Shown here in pieces: positions 39,643 to 49,064 of a DNA stretch of 64,000 bases. Position numbers and translations under genes: made by a program. The number at the start of each line of letters is the position of its first letter. The first letter of the stretch is position 1. This DNA is from an uncultured Gammaproteobacteria bacterium (GTDB taxonomy: Bacteria > Patescibacteriota > Microgenomatia > Levybacterales > UBA12049), in NCBI GenBank assembly GCA_964610465.1, contig CAZSWA010000003.1, positions 6,245 through 70,244 on the forward strand, given 5' to 3'. A model generated the notes under the pieces. The model searched no databases. It had not been told where the DNA came from and saw only the letters and a list, made by a program, of their open reading frames with translations.

Positions 39643-40900
39643 ACAAATACTCGCACATGAAATCTTGAATTCACGGGGAGAACCTTCTATTGAAACTACT
39701 GTTGTCTTAAATGATGGTACGGTCGGAATTGCATCAAGTCCAAGCGGTATTTCAGTTGGCAAATATGAGGCGTTAGAACTTCGAGATGGCGATACTGCTC
39801 ATTTTCAGGGGTTAGGTGTCTTAAAAGCAATTGAAAATATAAAAAATTTCATTGCTCCAAAAATTATTGGCATGGACGCAACCAAACAACAGGAAATTGA
39901 TAGTATTATTATTCAAATTGATGGGACCCAAAACAAGAATAAACTTGGCGCGAATGCGACCCTTAGTGTATCAATGGCAGTAGCAAAAGCTGCTGCGAAA
40001 AGCTCTGTACTTCCTCTTTATTTATATCTAAGAGAATTTACTAAAAATGAAAAGCTTCCTCTCAAAATTCCAATTCCTATGTTTAATCTTATCAATGGTG
40101 GCAAACATGCAGGAAACAATGTCAATTTTCAGGAATTTCATGTAATTCCTGCAACATTTAAAACTTATAATGAGTCACTCCAAATTGGCACGACTGTTAT
40201 GCGAAATTTAAAAGATCTTTTAGGGAAAAATGGTTTTCCTGTTATTACAGGTGAAGAAGGTGGATTTGGACCAACTCTTGCCACCAATGATGATGGACTT
40301 GCACTTCTCTCAGAAGCTATTAGCGCTTCCAATTATCGTCTTGGTTATGACGCATTTATGGGAATTGATGCTGCGGCAACTAATTTCTGTGATGAAAATA
40401 AATATCAAATAAAAGATAAATCTATGCGTCTTAATGCACAGGAACTTATTGATTTTTATGGAGAGCTCGTGAAGAAATATCATATTCTCTATCTTGAAGA
40501 CCCGCTTGCGGAAGATGATTGGGATGGCTGGTCAACAATAAGTCTTAAGATAAGTCCTGAAACAATGATTGTAGGTGATGATTTAACCGTTACCAACCCA
40601 TATAGATTACAAATGGCACTTGATAAAAAAGCTATTAGTGCTATTATCATCAAGCCAAATCAGATTGGTACAGTACTTGAAGCATTGGCAGTTGTTGAAG
40701 TAGCAAGAATTGCAGGACTTAAAATCGTTGTTTCACATAGAGGTGCTGAGACAAATGATGACTTTATCGCAGATTTTGCAGTTGCAGTTGCAGCGGATTA
40801 TGTAAAATTCGGCGCTCCATCAAGAGGCGAGAGAGTTGCCAAATACAACAGGCTTTTGGAGATAGAACCGCAACTCGCAACGCTCAAGATTAAAACATAA
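39629..40900 (+). CDS. eno: Enolase (divergent)
   Basis: EILNSRGEP, EALELRD, NGGKH, QEF, EDP, VGDDL, IKPNQIGT, ERVAKYN. Confidence 0.93.
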   Translation: MAKIKQILAHEILNSRGEPSIETTVVLNDGTVGIASSPSGISVGKYEALELRDGDTAHFQGLGVLKAIENIKNFIAPKIIGMDATKQQEIDSIIIQIDGTQNKNKLGANATLSVSMAVAKAAAKSSVLPLYLYLREFTKNEKLPLKIPIPMFNLINGGKHAGNNVNFQEFHVIPATFKTYNESLQIGTTVMRNLKDLLGKNGFPVITGEEGGFGPTLATNDDGLALLSEAISASNYRLGYDAFMGIDAAATNFCDENKYQIKDKSMRLNAQELIDFYGELVKKYHILYLEDPLAEDDWDGWSTISLKISPETMIVGDDLTVTNPYRLQMALDKKAISAIIIKPNQIGTVLEALAVVEVARIAGLKIVVSHRGAETNDDFIADFAVAVAADYVKFGAPSRGERVAKYNRLLEIEPQLATLKIKT

Positions 40901-40913
40901 AAGTATAACAATC

Positions 40914-41540
40914 ATGACATATCTTGTTCTTGTGAGACATGGTGAATCAGAATGGAATGCAAAGTCCTTATGGACTGGGTGGACTGATGTGTCATTAACT
41001 GAAAATGGGCGTGAGCAGGCAAGAACTGCAGGCAAACTTCTTATAGATATTCATTTTGATATTGCATTTACTTCAGCTCTAAAACGAGCTAAGCAGACAT
41101 GGGATGAAATACGTAAAATTATAGGAGCTGATTCTCTTCCTACCACTGAAGATAAAGCACTCAACGAACGTAATTATGGAGATCTTACAGGAAAAAATAA
41201 ATGGACAATAAAAGAAGAATATGGTGAAGAACAATTTACCAAATGGAGACGGAGCTGGGATGTTCGCCCGCCAAATGGAGAATCCCTTCATGATGTCTAC
41301 AATCGTGTAATTCCTTATTTTCAAAAAAACATTTTGCCTGAACTTGAAAATGGAAAAAATGTTATTGTCGTAGCTCATGGGAATAGTTTGCGGGCGTTGA
41401 TAAAATATCTTGATGATATAGCAGATAATGAAATTGCAAAACTTGAGCTGGGACTTTCAGAACCATATGTATATCAGATTGATGAAAAAGGGAATGTTAT
41501 CTCAAAACAAATCCGCTCTATTGGCACTGTCGCTCCATAA
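40914..41540 (+). CDS. gpmA: 2,3-BPG-dependent phosphoglycerate mutase
   Basis: RHGESEWN, LNERNYG, WRRS, AHGNSLR. Confidence 0.95.
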   Translation: MTYLVLVRHGESEWNAKSLWTGWTDVSLTENGREQARTAGKLLIDIHFDIAFTSALKRAKQTWDEIRKIIGADSLPTTEDKALNERNYGDLTGKNKWTIKEEYGEEQFTKWRRSWDVRPPNGESLHDVYNRVIPYFQKNILPELENGKNVIVVAHGNSLRALIKYLDDIADNEIAKLELGLSEPYVYQIDEKGNVISKQIRSIGTVAP

Positions 41541-41554
41541 ATACTTTTATGTAT

Positions 41555-42283
41555 TTATACACTTAGATTAAAAAGTACTATCATTTCTCCTTTTGGTGCA
41601 TATTTTTCAAAATGAATTATGGCCTCAGTAATGGAAAATCGTAAAATTTCTTCATTCATTTTTGTAAGTTCTCTTGTGATTACTATTTCAATATCTCCAA
41701 ACGATTCTTTCATTTCAGCAAGAGTTGTGAGAAGTTTGTGAGGCGCTTCAAAGAGTATTACTGTTGATTTCACAATTTCCTGTGCAGTCTTTATTTGCTC
41801 AAAGAATTTTTTTCTATGCCCTATTTTTCGCGGTGGATATCCAATAAACAAAAATTTATCAGTGGGCAGACCTGATGTAACAAGGGAGGTGATAACAGAT
41901 GACGGGCCTGGAATTGCTTCAACTTTTATCCCGTGTCTGATACATTCTCTTATTAGTTTAAACCCGGGATCTGAAATTGCAGGAGTTCCTGCATCTGATA
42001 CCAATGCCACATGTTCACCCTTGTGCAGAAAAGATAAAATTTCAGGAATTCTTCGAAGCTCATTGTGTTCAAAGTATGATAGAAGTTTTGGCCGACCTTT
42101 ATGGATATGGTCTTCATTGCGGATAAATGTCTCATAGGGAATATGCATGGTTTCAAGTAAGATTCCTGTTCTCCGTGTATCTTCGCAGGCAATCACATCC
42201 ACTTCAAAAAGTGTTTTGATTGCTCTCCAGGTCATATCCTGAAGGTTACCAATTGGAGTTGATACTATATATAAGATACCCAT
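41555..42283 (-). CDS. rsmI: 16S rRNA C1402 2'-O-methyltransferase
   Basis: LYIVSTPIGNL, CEDTR, VSDAGTPAISDPG, RELTK; start moved to 42283. Confidence 0.95.
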   Translation of the reverse strand: MGILYIVSTPIGNLQDMTWRAIKTLFEVDVIACEDTRRTGILLETMHIPYETFIRNEDHIHKGRPKLLSYFEHNELRRIPEILSFLHKGEHVALVSDAGTPAISDPGFKLIRECIRHGIKVEAIPGPSSVITSLVTSGLPTDKFLFIGYPPRKIGHRKKFFEQIKTAQEIVKSTVILFEAPHKLLTTLAEMKESFGDIEIVITRELTKMNEEILRFSITEAIIHFEKYAPKGEMIVLFNLSV

Positions 42284-42361
42284 GTGATAGTAAGAACTGA
42301 TTATATATACAAAGATGTATCTTGACAATAGACGGAAGGAGATTTAATATTATTTTTGGTT

Positions 42362-42583
42362 ATGGCATCAGCAGAAAGACGTACCCCAACAAGTATAATT
42401 GCAGATATCGAAAAAGACTTTGAAGCCTTACATCAAAAACATACACCTAATCGATATGCAGAAAAAAAAGAAATATTTAATCAAAAAAAAGAAGAAGCAT
42501 TAAAAGATGGTATAGCACGAGCTGTTATAGATGCAAGAACAAAAATGGGTGGAACTGTAAGAAGATTAAAGACTTATAAATAA
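42362..42583 (+). CDS. Small hypothetical protein (ORFan)
   Basis: ATG at 42362; TTGACA upstream. Confidence 0.5.
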   Translation: MASAERRTPTSIIADIEKDFEALHQKHTPNRYAEKKEIFNQKKEEALKDGIARAVIDARTKMGGTVRRLKTYK

Positions 42584-42614
42584 ACTTTTATCAATTTTTG
42601 CTTCTTTGTTTATT

Positions 42615-43244
42615 TTATAAAAACTTCCTAATTAAACTCACTACTTTTCCTTGTATTTTCACACTTTTAGGATAAATAGGTGACATACTGGAATTTGCTG
42701 GTTTGAGGATTACTCTGCCATTTTCAAGATAAAATCTTTTAAGGGTTGCAAGATTATCATCAACCAATGCTACAACTATCTCACCATTGCTTGCCTGTTG
42801 TACCCGCTCAACTACTACATAATCTCCATCCAAAATTCCATCCTCAATCATTGACTCACCTTTTACTTGCAATACGTATGCCGTTCTTTTTCCGCTTACG
42901 AGTGATGCTGAGACTTGAAATGTTGCATTTGGATCAATGTGGGGTTCAAGCGGTTTACCTGCTGCAATATATCCCATGAGCGGTAATTCAATAGATGGTT
43001 CAACTCCAAGAAAAGTAGAAGTTATAGTTTGATCCATAATTTTAAGTACTCTTGAGTTACCGTCTACTTTTTGGACGTATCCTTTATCAACTAAACTTCT
43101 GATAATGACATGTACCGTTGAAACACTCCTATGTCCTGTTGCTTTAGCAATCTCTACAAGGGTTGGAGAATATCCATATTTGCTTTGAAACTGAGCGAGG
43201 TACTCAAGGATTAATCTTTCTTTTCGATAAAGTACTCCAGGCAT
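42615..43244 (-). CDS. lexA: SOS repressor LexA
   Basis: wHTH SPTLVEIA; AAG cleavage site, GESM Ser, TLKR Lys. Confidence 0.95.
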   Translation of the reverse strand: MPGVLYRKERLILEYLAQFQSKYGYSPTLVEIAKATGHRSVSTVHVIIRSLVDKGYVQKVDGNSRVLKIMDQTITSTFLGVEPSIELPLMGYIAAGKPLEPHIDPNATFQVSASLVSGKRTAYVLQVKGESMIEDGILDGDYVVVERVQQASNGEIVVALVDDNLATLKRFYLENGRVILKPANSSMSPIYPKSVKIQGKVVSLIRKFL

Positions 43245-43267
43245 ATTTAGAATAAAATGTGTACTAG

Positions 43268-43300
43268 AAATTTATACGATATTTCGTATAAATTTGTCAA
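43268..43300 (-). promoter_or_regulatory. lexA promoter overlapped by a perfect 12-bp palindrome (candidate LexA operator)
   Basis: AAATTTATACGA-tatt-TCGTATAAATTT at 43268-43295; minus-strand TTGACA-18-TATAAA. Confidence 0.7.
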
Positions 43301-43375
43301 TAATGCTAATTGATACAAAAGATATCAATAAAAGAATTTTGTGCTACAATACGAATGACAAAAGAGAATATTCGC

Positions 43376-45376
43376 ATGAGTTTTAAACTAAAATCCAATT
43401 TCAAACCTACAGGTGATCAACCCCAAGCAATAGAAAAATTAGCGAACAATCTTAAATCAGGTGCTAAAAATCAGGTTTTGCTTGGAGTTACAGGTAGTGG
43501 AAAAACCTTTACAATGGCCAATGTAATCCAAAAAGTGCAAAGACCAACCCTTGTTATTTCCCATAATAAAACTCTTGCAGCACAGCTTTATCAGGAATTT
43601 AGAGAATTTTTCCCGGATAATGCAGTTTGTTATTTTGTTTCATACTATGATTACTATCAACCAGAAGCTTACATTCCCCAAACTGATACTTACATTGAAA
43701 AAGAAGCAGAAATTAATGACGAGATTGATAAATTACGGCTTTCAGCAACAACCAATCTTTTAACACGAAAAGATGTCATCGTAGTTGCATCTGTTTCCTG
43801 CATTTACAATTTGGGCTCACCCGTTGAATATGGAAAATTTGTATTAGAGCTTAAAGCAGGAGTTAAGATCCAACAAAAGGATATTCTTATGAGACTTACT
43901 GATTTGCAGTATGAAAGAAATGATTATGAATTCAGACGAGGGACATTTCGTATGCGTGGTAATATGATAGATTTATTTCCGGCATATATGGATACCGGAA
44001 TTCGGATTCAAATGGATGATGAGAAGATAACCAAACTCCATGAATTTGATCCCCTTACAGGAGACATCGTCAAGATTCTTGATGGTACTGTAATTTATCC
44101 TGCTAAACATTATATGACTGACCCGCGGACATATCAGGATGCGTTTGCCCATATCAATAGCGACTTGGACAAAAGAGTAGCAGAACTGAGAAGTCAAAAC
44201 AAAATTCTTGAAGCACAACGCTTAACTCAGCGGACTCACTTTGATCTGGAAATGATTCGGGAAGTAGGATATGTCAACGGCATCGAAAATTATTCTATTT
44301 ACTTTGACGGCCGAAAACCTGGAGATCCTCCTTATACACTTATTGATTATTTCGATGCTGCATCTGATAATTGGCTATTTCTGGTTGATGAATCGCATAT
44401 CACTATTCCTCAACTTCGCGGTATGTACAATGGGGATAGAGCAAGAAAACAATCTCTTATTGAGTATGGCTTCAGGCTTCCATCAGCCCTTGATAACCGT
44501 CCCCTTCGTTTTGAGGAAGTTATGAGACGGGTAAAACAGGCAATCTATATTAGTGCAACTCCTGATGAATATGAGAGGTCTCTTGCCAAAGAAACAAATG
44601 ATGGCATTGTAGAACAGCTTATCCGCCCAACAGGTTTGGTTGACCCAAAAGTCATAGTTAAGCCAACCAAAGGACAAATTGTTGATTTGATGGAAGAGAT
44701 TCAAAAACGGGTAAAGAAAAAGCAAAGAATACTCGTCACCACACTTACCAAACGTATGGCTGAGGAATTATCTAGTTATCTTGAAGAACGGGATATCAAA
44801 GTCTCCTATCTTCATTCAGATATCCAGACACTTGAAAGACAGGATGTATTGGATAGGTTGCGTCTTGGCGAATATGATGTGCTGGTTGGGATAAACCTTC
44901 TTCGTGAAGGCCTGGATTTGCCTGAAGTATCCCTTGTTGCCATACTTGATGCAGATAAAGAAGGATTCTTGAGAAGCCGCACTTCTCTTATTCAAACAAT
45001 GGGACGCGCAGCACGTAATATTGACGCAGAAGTTATTATGTATGCAGATGTTATGACCAACTCTATGAAAGCAGCAATTGATGAAGTTGAAAGACGACGA
45101 GAGATTCAGCTTGAATATAATAAAAAACACGGTATAACACCAAAAAGTATCAAGAAATCTATTAGAGCCAAACTGGTTGAAGAGGAAAAAGAAGAAAAAG
45201 GCAATGAATCTCTGGACTTCTTAATTGAAATGAGTGATAAAGAAGTTCTTTTACCCGATGAAAAAGATGATTTGGTAATCAAACTTCGAAAAGAAATGAA
45301 ACAGGCAGCAGAACGTTTAGATTTTGAAACAGCAATTTATCTTCGCGACAGGATAAAAACTGTTCAGAATAAATAA
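43376..45376 (+). CDS. uvrB: Excinuclease ABC subunit B
   Basis: [38 protein letters not shown]-terminal UVR domain; start moved to MSFKL. Confidence 0.97.
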   Translation: MSFKLKSNFKPTGDQPQAIEKLANNLKSGAKNQVLLGVTGSGKTFTMANVIQKVQRPTLVISHNKTLAAQLYQEFREFFPDNAVCYFVSYYDYYQPEAYIPQTDTYIEKEAEINDEIDKLRLSATTNLLTRKDVIVVASVSCIYNLGSPVEYGKFVLELKAGVKIQQKDILMRLTDLQYERNDYEFRRGTFRMRGNMIDLFPAYMDTGIRIQMDDEKITKLHEFDPLTGDIVKILDGTVIYPAKHYMTDPRTYQDAFAHINSDLDKRVAELRSQNKILEAQRLTQRTHFDLEMIREVGYVNGIENYSIYFDGRKPGDPPYTLIDYFDAASDNWLFLVDESHITIPQLRGMYNGDRARKQSLIEYGFRLPSALDNRPLRFEEVMRRVKQAIYISATPDEYERSLAKETNDGIVEQLIRPTGLVDPKVIVKPTKGQIVDLMEEIQKRVKKKQRILVTTLTKRMAEELSSYLEERDIKVSYLHSDIQTLERQDVLDRLRLGEYDVLVGINLLREGLDLPEVSLVAILDADKEGFLRSRTSLIQTMGRAARNIDAEVIMYADVMTNSMKAAIDEVERRREIQLEYNKKHGITPKSIKKSIRAKLVEEEKEEKGNESLDFLIEMSDKEVLLPDEKDDLVIKLRKEMKQAAERLDFETAIYLRDRIKTVQNK

Positions 45377-45787
45377 CTAGGACTTATCATCACTTTTTGT
45401 CTTCCTCTGATTTCTAGAAACTTCATATATTACAAAATTACTGGTATATCTACGGATATTTATTTGGAAGCCTGCATTTAGTAGCTCATTTTGTAATTTT
45501 TCATCACCTTTTCCATTATCATCAAGTAAATTATTAAATTCAGCATTAAGTTTTTTTATTTCGCCTACAGTTTCACGTCTGGAAATTTCATGGGGATATT
45601 TATATATAGTTTGGAGCTTTGTCCATTGTCTTCCTATTTCTACAACCTGACCTACACCAATAAATACATTAGCTTTAGGAGTATTTACTGGAATTCCTGT
45701 CTCTATTCCGTCAGAAGTCTTTCTCTGGGCATCTACCCATATGACTACATTTCCCAACTGTAAATTAAGTTCACTTCTTGTAGCCAT
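45377..45787 (-). CDS. Hypothetical protein (ORFan)
   Basis: 136 aa ORF right after pyk, tail-to-tail with uvrB. Confidence 0.55.
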   Translation of the reverse strand: MATRSELNLQLGNVVIWVDAQRKTSDGIETGIPVNTPKANVFIGVGQVVEIGRQWTKLQTIYKYPHEISRRETVGEIKKLNAEFNNLLDDNGKGDEKLQNELLNAGFQINIRRYTSNFVIYEVSRNQRKTKSDDKS

Positions 45788-45795
45788 ACACTTCC

Positions 45796-47199
45796 CTATG
45801 CTCTCTCAACGTAAATGAGGTTTGTGGTTCCACTTTCTCCAAATGGCATTCCTGCAACTATGACAAAAGGCTCATCTTTCTCAAGCGGCAAAATTGTATT
45901 CTCTACTGCAATTTCTCTTGCCTGCTCCATCATATGATTAAAGTCTTGAGTTGTTTTTATAAGCTTTGGATAAACACCCCATGTAAAATTAAGTTTCCTA
46001 AGGGTTGATTCATCTGGAGAAAGTGCAATAATCGCTTGTGCATGTCTGTGCCGTGCAATACGCAGTGCAGTAATTCCGCTTTGAGTAAACGCAATGATAA
46101 GTTTTGAATTTAGTTTATCCGCTATCACACCTGCAGAAGAACTTACCGCAGTTGGTGCAGTATCTTCATCTTTGTAGATTCTTGGAGCAACATGTGGAAC
46201 TGTTGCCCGGATGATTTTAACCATTGTGTTCACCGTGTGTACTGGAAATTCCCCTACTGCTGTCTCTCCTGAAAGCATAACAGCATCTGTTCCATCAAGA
46301 ATTGCGTTTGCGACATCGGTAACTTCAGCTCTTGTGGGAATTGGATTATGTGTCATTGATTCAAGCATTTGGGTCGCAATAATAACTGGTTTTGTCTTGG
46401 CAAGACATAAATTAATGAGTTTTTTTTGAAGCAGAGGTACCTCAGCAATTGGGACTGCAAGACCCAAGTCTCCTCTTGCTACCATTATTCCATCTGTTGC
46501 ATCAATAATTTCCTCAATATTTTCAACTGCTTTTTCTGTTTCGATTTTAGCAATAAGGACGATTGGAGAATCTTTTGGCAATACATCTCTTACTCTCTTT
46601 ATATCCTCAGCTGTTTGGACAAAGGAAACCGCCAATGCATCAGCTTTTGCCTCAACCATTATTTCTATATCCTGTCTATCTTTTGGAGATAACTCTGGTA
46701 ATGAAAGAAAAATTCCTTGTGCGTGAAATCCTTTATATGGCTTAAGTGGCCCACCAACCAATACTCGTGCTTCCACGATTCCATTTTTTTCCTCTTTTTC
46801 TACAACTAACTTAAGCACTCCATCGTTAATATATACTTCTGCTCCTTTTTTAAGTTGTTTTACAATAGAGGGATAATTTAAAGAAAATATTTCGGAGTTA
46901 CCAAATACGTCCTGTTCTGAAATTTTTACTGTTTTCCCGTTTTCAAGTATTACATCTTCTGAGATATTGCCTATGCGGATTTTTGGTCCTGCCAAATCAC
47001 CCATTATTGTCAAAGGTTTTTGTATTTTCTTTTCAGCGGAACGTATATCTTGTACAATTCGGAGAATTTCTTCCCTTTTCTGGTGGGAAAGGTTGATACG
47101 GAATATATCAACTCCTTCTTCGGCTAATTTTGTAATAATCTCAGCACTACTGCTTGCTGGCCCAAGTGTTGCAATGATTTTTACTCTTTTTAGTCTCAC
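45796..47199 (-). CDS. pyk: Pyruvate kinase
   Basis: KIIATLGPAS, RINLSH, AKIE, MVARGDLG, ATQMLESM, PTRAEVTDVANA. Confidence 0.97.
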   Translation of the reverse strand: MRLKRVKIIATLGPASSSAEIITKLAEEGVDIFRINLSHQKREEILRIVQDIRSAEKKIQKPLTIMGDLAGPKIRIGNISEDVILENGKTVKISEQDVFGNSEIFSLNYPSIVKQLKKGAEVYINDGVLKLVVEKEEKNGIVEARVLVGGPLKPYKGFHAQGIFLSLPELSPKDRQDIEIMVEAKADALAVSFVQTAEDIKRVRDVLPKDSPIVLIAKIETEKAVENIEEIIDATDGIMVARGDLGLAVPIAEVPLLQKKLINLCLAKTKPVIIATQMLESMTHNPIPTRAEVTDVANAILDGTDAVMLSGETAVGEFPVHTVNTMVKIIRATVPHVAPRIYKDEDTAPTAVSSSAGVIADKLNSKLIIAFTQSGITALRIARHRHAQAIIALSPDESTLRKLNFTWGVYPKLIKTTQDFNHMMEQAREIAVENTILPLEKDEPFVIVAGMPFGESGTTNLIYVERA

Positions 47200-47217
47200 A
47201 AATATGCAAGTATACTC

Positions 47218-47581
47218 TCAACTAATATTTTTTTCAAGATCTATTGAGATTACCTCGTTATTGCTATCTAGCTTTATTGTCACTGCATCGATTCGCATAA
47301 GATCAGGCAATTTTTGGATGTTTGAGTTTATAAAATTCTGCAGCTCGTATAAGAGAACGTATCTTCCATGGAGTAATTGCTTCAAGTGATGAACCAAACT
47401 TAGTAGTCTTGCGTGCTTTTACCTCAACAAAAACCAGGGTATCAGTATCAATTGCTACAATATCAATTTCTCCTCCTCTTATTCGATAATTTCTTTCAAT
47501 TATTTCATACCCTTTTTTTCGTAAGTATGTACAAGCCAAATCTTTGCCTTTATTGCCAGTAATAAGCTTGAGATTATCCAT
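47218..47581 (-). pseudogene. yraN: YraN family nuclease, frameshifted in an A5 run (or a sequencing error)
   Basis: IERNYR..GGEIDIV, LVFVEVK; removing one A near 47311-47315 restores PKLPDLMRIDAV...EKNIS* ending at 47218. Confidence 0.8.
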
Positions 47582-47789
47582 AGCTTATCTAGTGTAACAG
47601 AATAAAAACAAAAAATAATGCAAAGTGTAAAGCGAAAAGCGTAAAATAATAATTTAAAGTTCAAAATAAATTATTATTTTTGAATTTTAAATTTTACTTT
47701 TGAGTTTTCCTTTTGACTTTTGAATTTATCTGAAGTTGTTATTAGATGTTGCAGTATATATTCCCTTAATTCCTGATTCTTGATTCAAA

Positions 47790-48071
47790 TTATTGTGTGG
47801 CTCTCAGGTAGTAGAGTTTTGCGCGTCTGACTCTTTTTCGTGGATGTTCCTTGACTTCTACTTTTTCAATATTGGGAGATGAGATAGGCCAGATTCTTTC
47901 AATTGCGATATGACCTACGAGTTTTCTGACAGTAAAACTCTTATTTTCTCCACGGCCTTTGATAGCAAGTACTGTGCCTTCAAATACCTGAATACGAGTC
48001 TTATCCCCTTCCTGAATTTTCTGATGAACTCGTACAATATCTCCTGGTGCAAAATTAATAGTTGTTGACAT
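47790..48071 (-). CDS. rplS: 50S ribosomal protein L19
   Basis: FAPGDIVRV, RIQVFEG, FTVRK, VRRAKLYYLR; TTGAGT-17-TATAAT 9 nt upstream. Confidence 0.97.
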   Translation of the reverse strand: MSTTINFAPGDIVRVHQKIQEGDKTRIQVFEGTVLAIKGRGENKSFTVRKLVGHIAIERIWPISSPNIEKVEVKEHPRKRVRRAKLYYLRATQ

Positions 48072-48284
48072 ACAAACGATATTATAGCGGAAAATCCGGA
48101 TTTACTCAAGGTTTAAATGTGTTTCGGGTTGGAGGAGTACCCGATATTACTCGGACAACTCCTCCGAAAAAATCCGCTAGAAGTGGAAACGCACTACTGT
48201 ACTTTCATGGTTCCGCAATTCTTGCGGTTATTTGCTGCTTGTTAACTATTTCATCTCCTTAAGCACTTTCATGCGCTTTTGTAA

Positions 48285-48899
48285 CTACTCTTCAATGCAT
48301 TGCTCTAAGCCGGGATCTGCTTCAAGAGCATATTCAACAGCATGAGCAGCATTAGTAACAGTATCATCAACTTCAGCTCCACGTGTGTGAATAGCTGCAT
48401 CAGCACTCTGAGCGGCCCACGCAGCATTAGCCGCTGCCTGAGCAGCAAGATAAGCTGGACCAGAAACATCGACAGCAACAGCACCCGGCAATGCAGCAAA
48501 ACGATTGTATATGGTGGAATGCTGCATTACCTGTTTTGCTGCCTCAATTGCTATCCTTGGACAACTGTCAGTTGGATAGTACTTGTTGAACTTTCTGAGC
48601 ACTTGCTCAGCCGAAAAGATAGCTAGAGCCGCATAGTCTTTCACCTTCCATCTCCAAGCACGAACTACGCGTAACTGCAACCGTGGTTGGTCATTAACTG
48701 ACCAAGCTCTAATTTCAACTTCCGCAAGGATTTCTCCTCGCGAATACATGAATGCATCCAATATGGATGTGGAACAATAAAGCTCCCTGCTATAAAGAGC
48801 AGCAAGTTCTTGTACTGTGTGCCATTTCCCAATGTCCCAATGGATTTCTCCATTTTCTGAGACAGGTCTTTCTTGATACCGCACAAACTTGTACAGCAT
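48285..48899 (-). CDS. Phage-like hypothetical protein with an Imm5-like Ala-rich C-terminal part
   Basis: LAIFSAEQVL...YPTDSCPRIAIEAAK then Ala-rich helices; SD GAAGGAG. Confidence 0.55.
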   Translation of the reverse strand: MLYKFVRYQERPVSENGEIHWDIGKWHTVQELAALYSRELYCSTSILDAFMYSRGEILAEVEIRAWSVNDQPRLQLRVVRAWRWKVKDYAALAIFSAEQVLRKFNKYYPTDSCPRIAIEAAKQVMQHSTIYNRFAALPGAVAVDVSGPAYLAAQAAANAAWAAQSADAAIHTRGAEVDDTVTNAAHAVEYALEADPGLEQCIEE

Positions 48900-48930
48900 G
48901 TCACTGCTCCTTCGAAAGTCACTACCATAT

Positions 48931-48986
48931 CAAAAAGGCAGCGACCCTTGTGACTCTTCCGGAATCACAAGAGAACTACCTTTTTG
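48931..48986 (-). terminator. Long hairpin with U-run downstream of pyrG (terminator or attenuator)
   Basis: Minus strand AAAAAGGTAG...CTTGTGATTC-loop-GAGTCACAAG...CTGCCTTTTT; G-U pairs favour the minus strand. Confidence 0.5.
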
Positions 48987-49064
48987 GAAAAGCTTAATTA
49001 CAATAATTTAAAGAGCAAACATGAAGAGCATACTATGTATATAGGCCTTTTGTAAAGCTATGGG

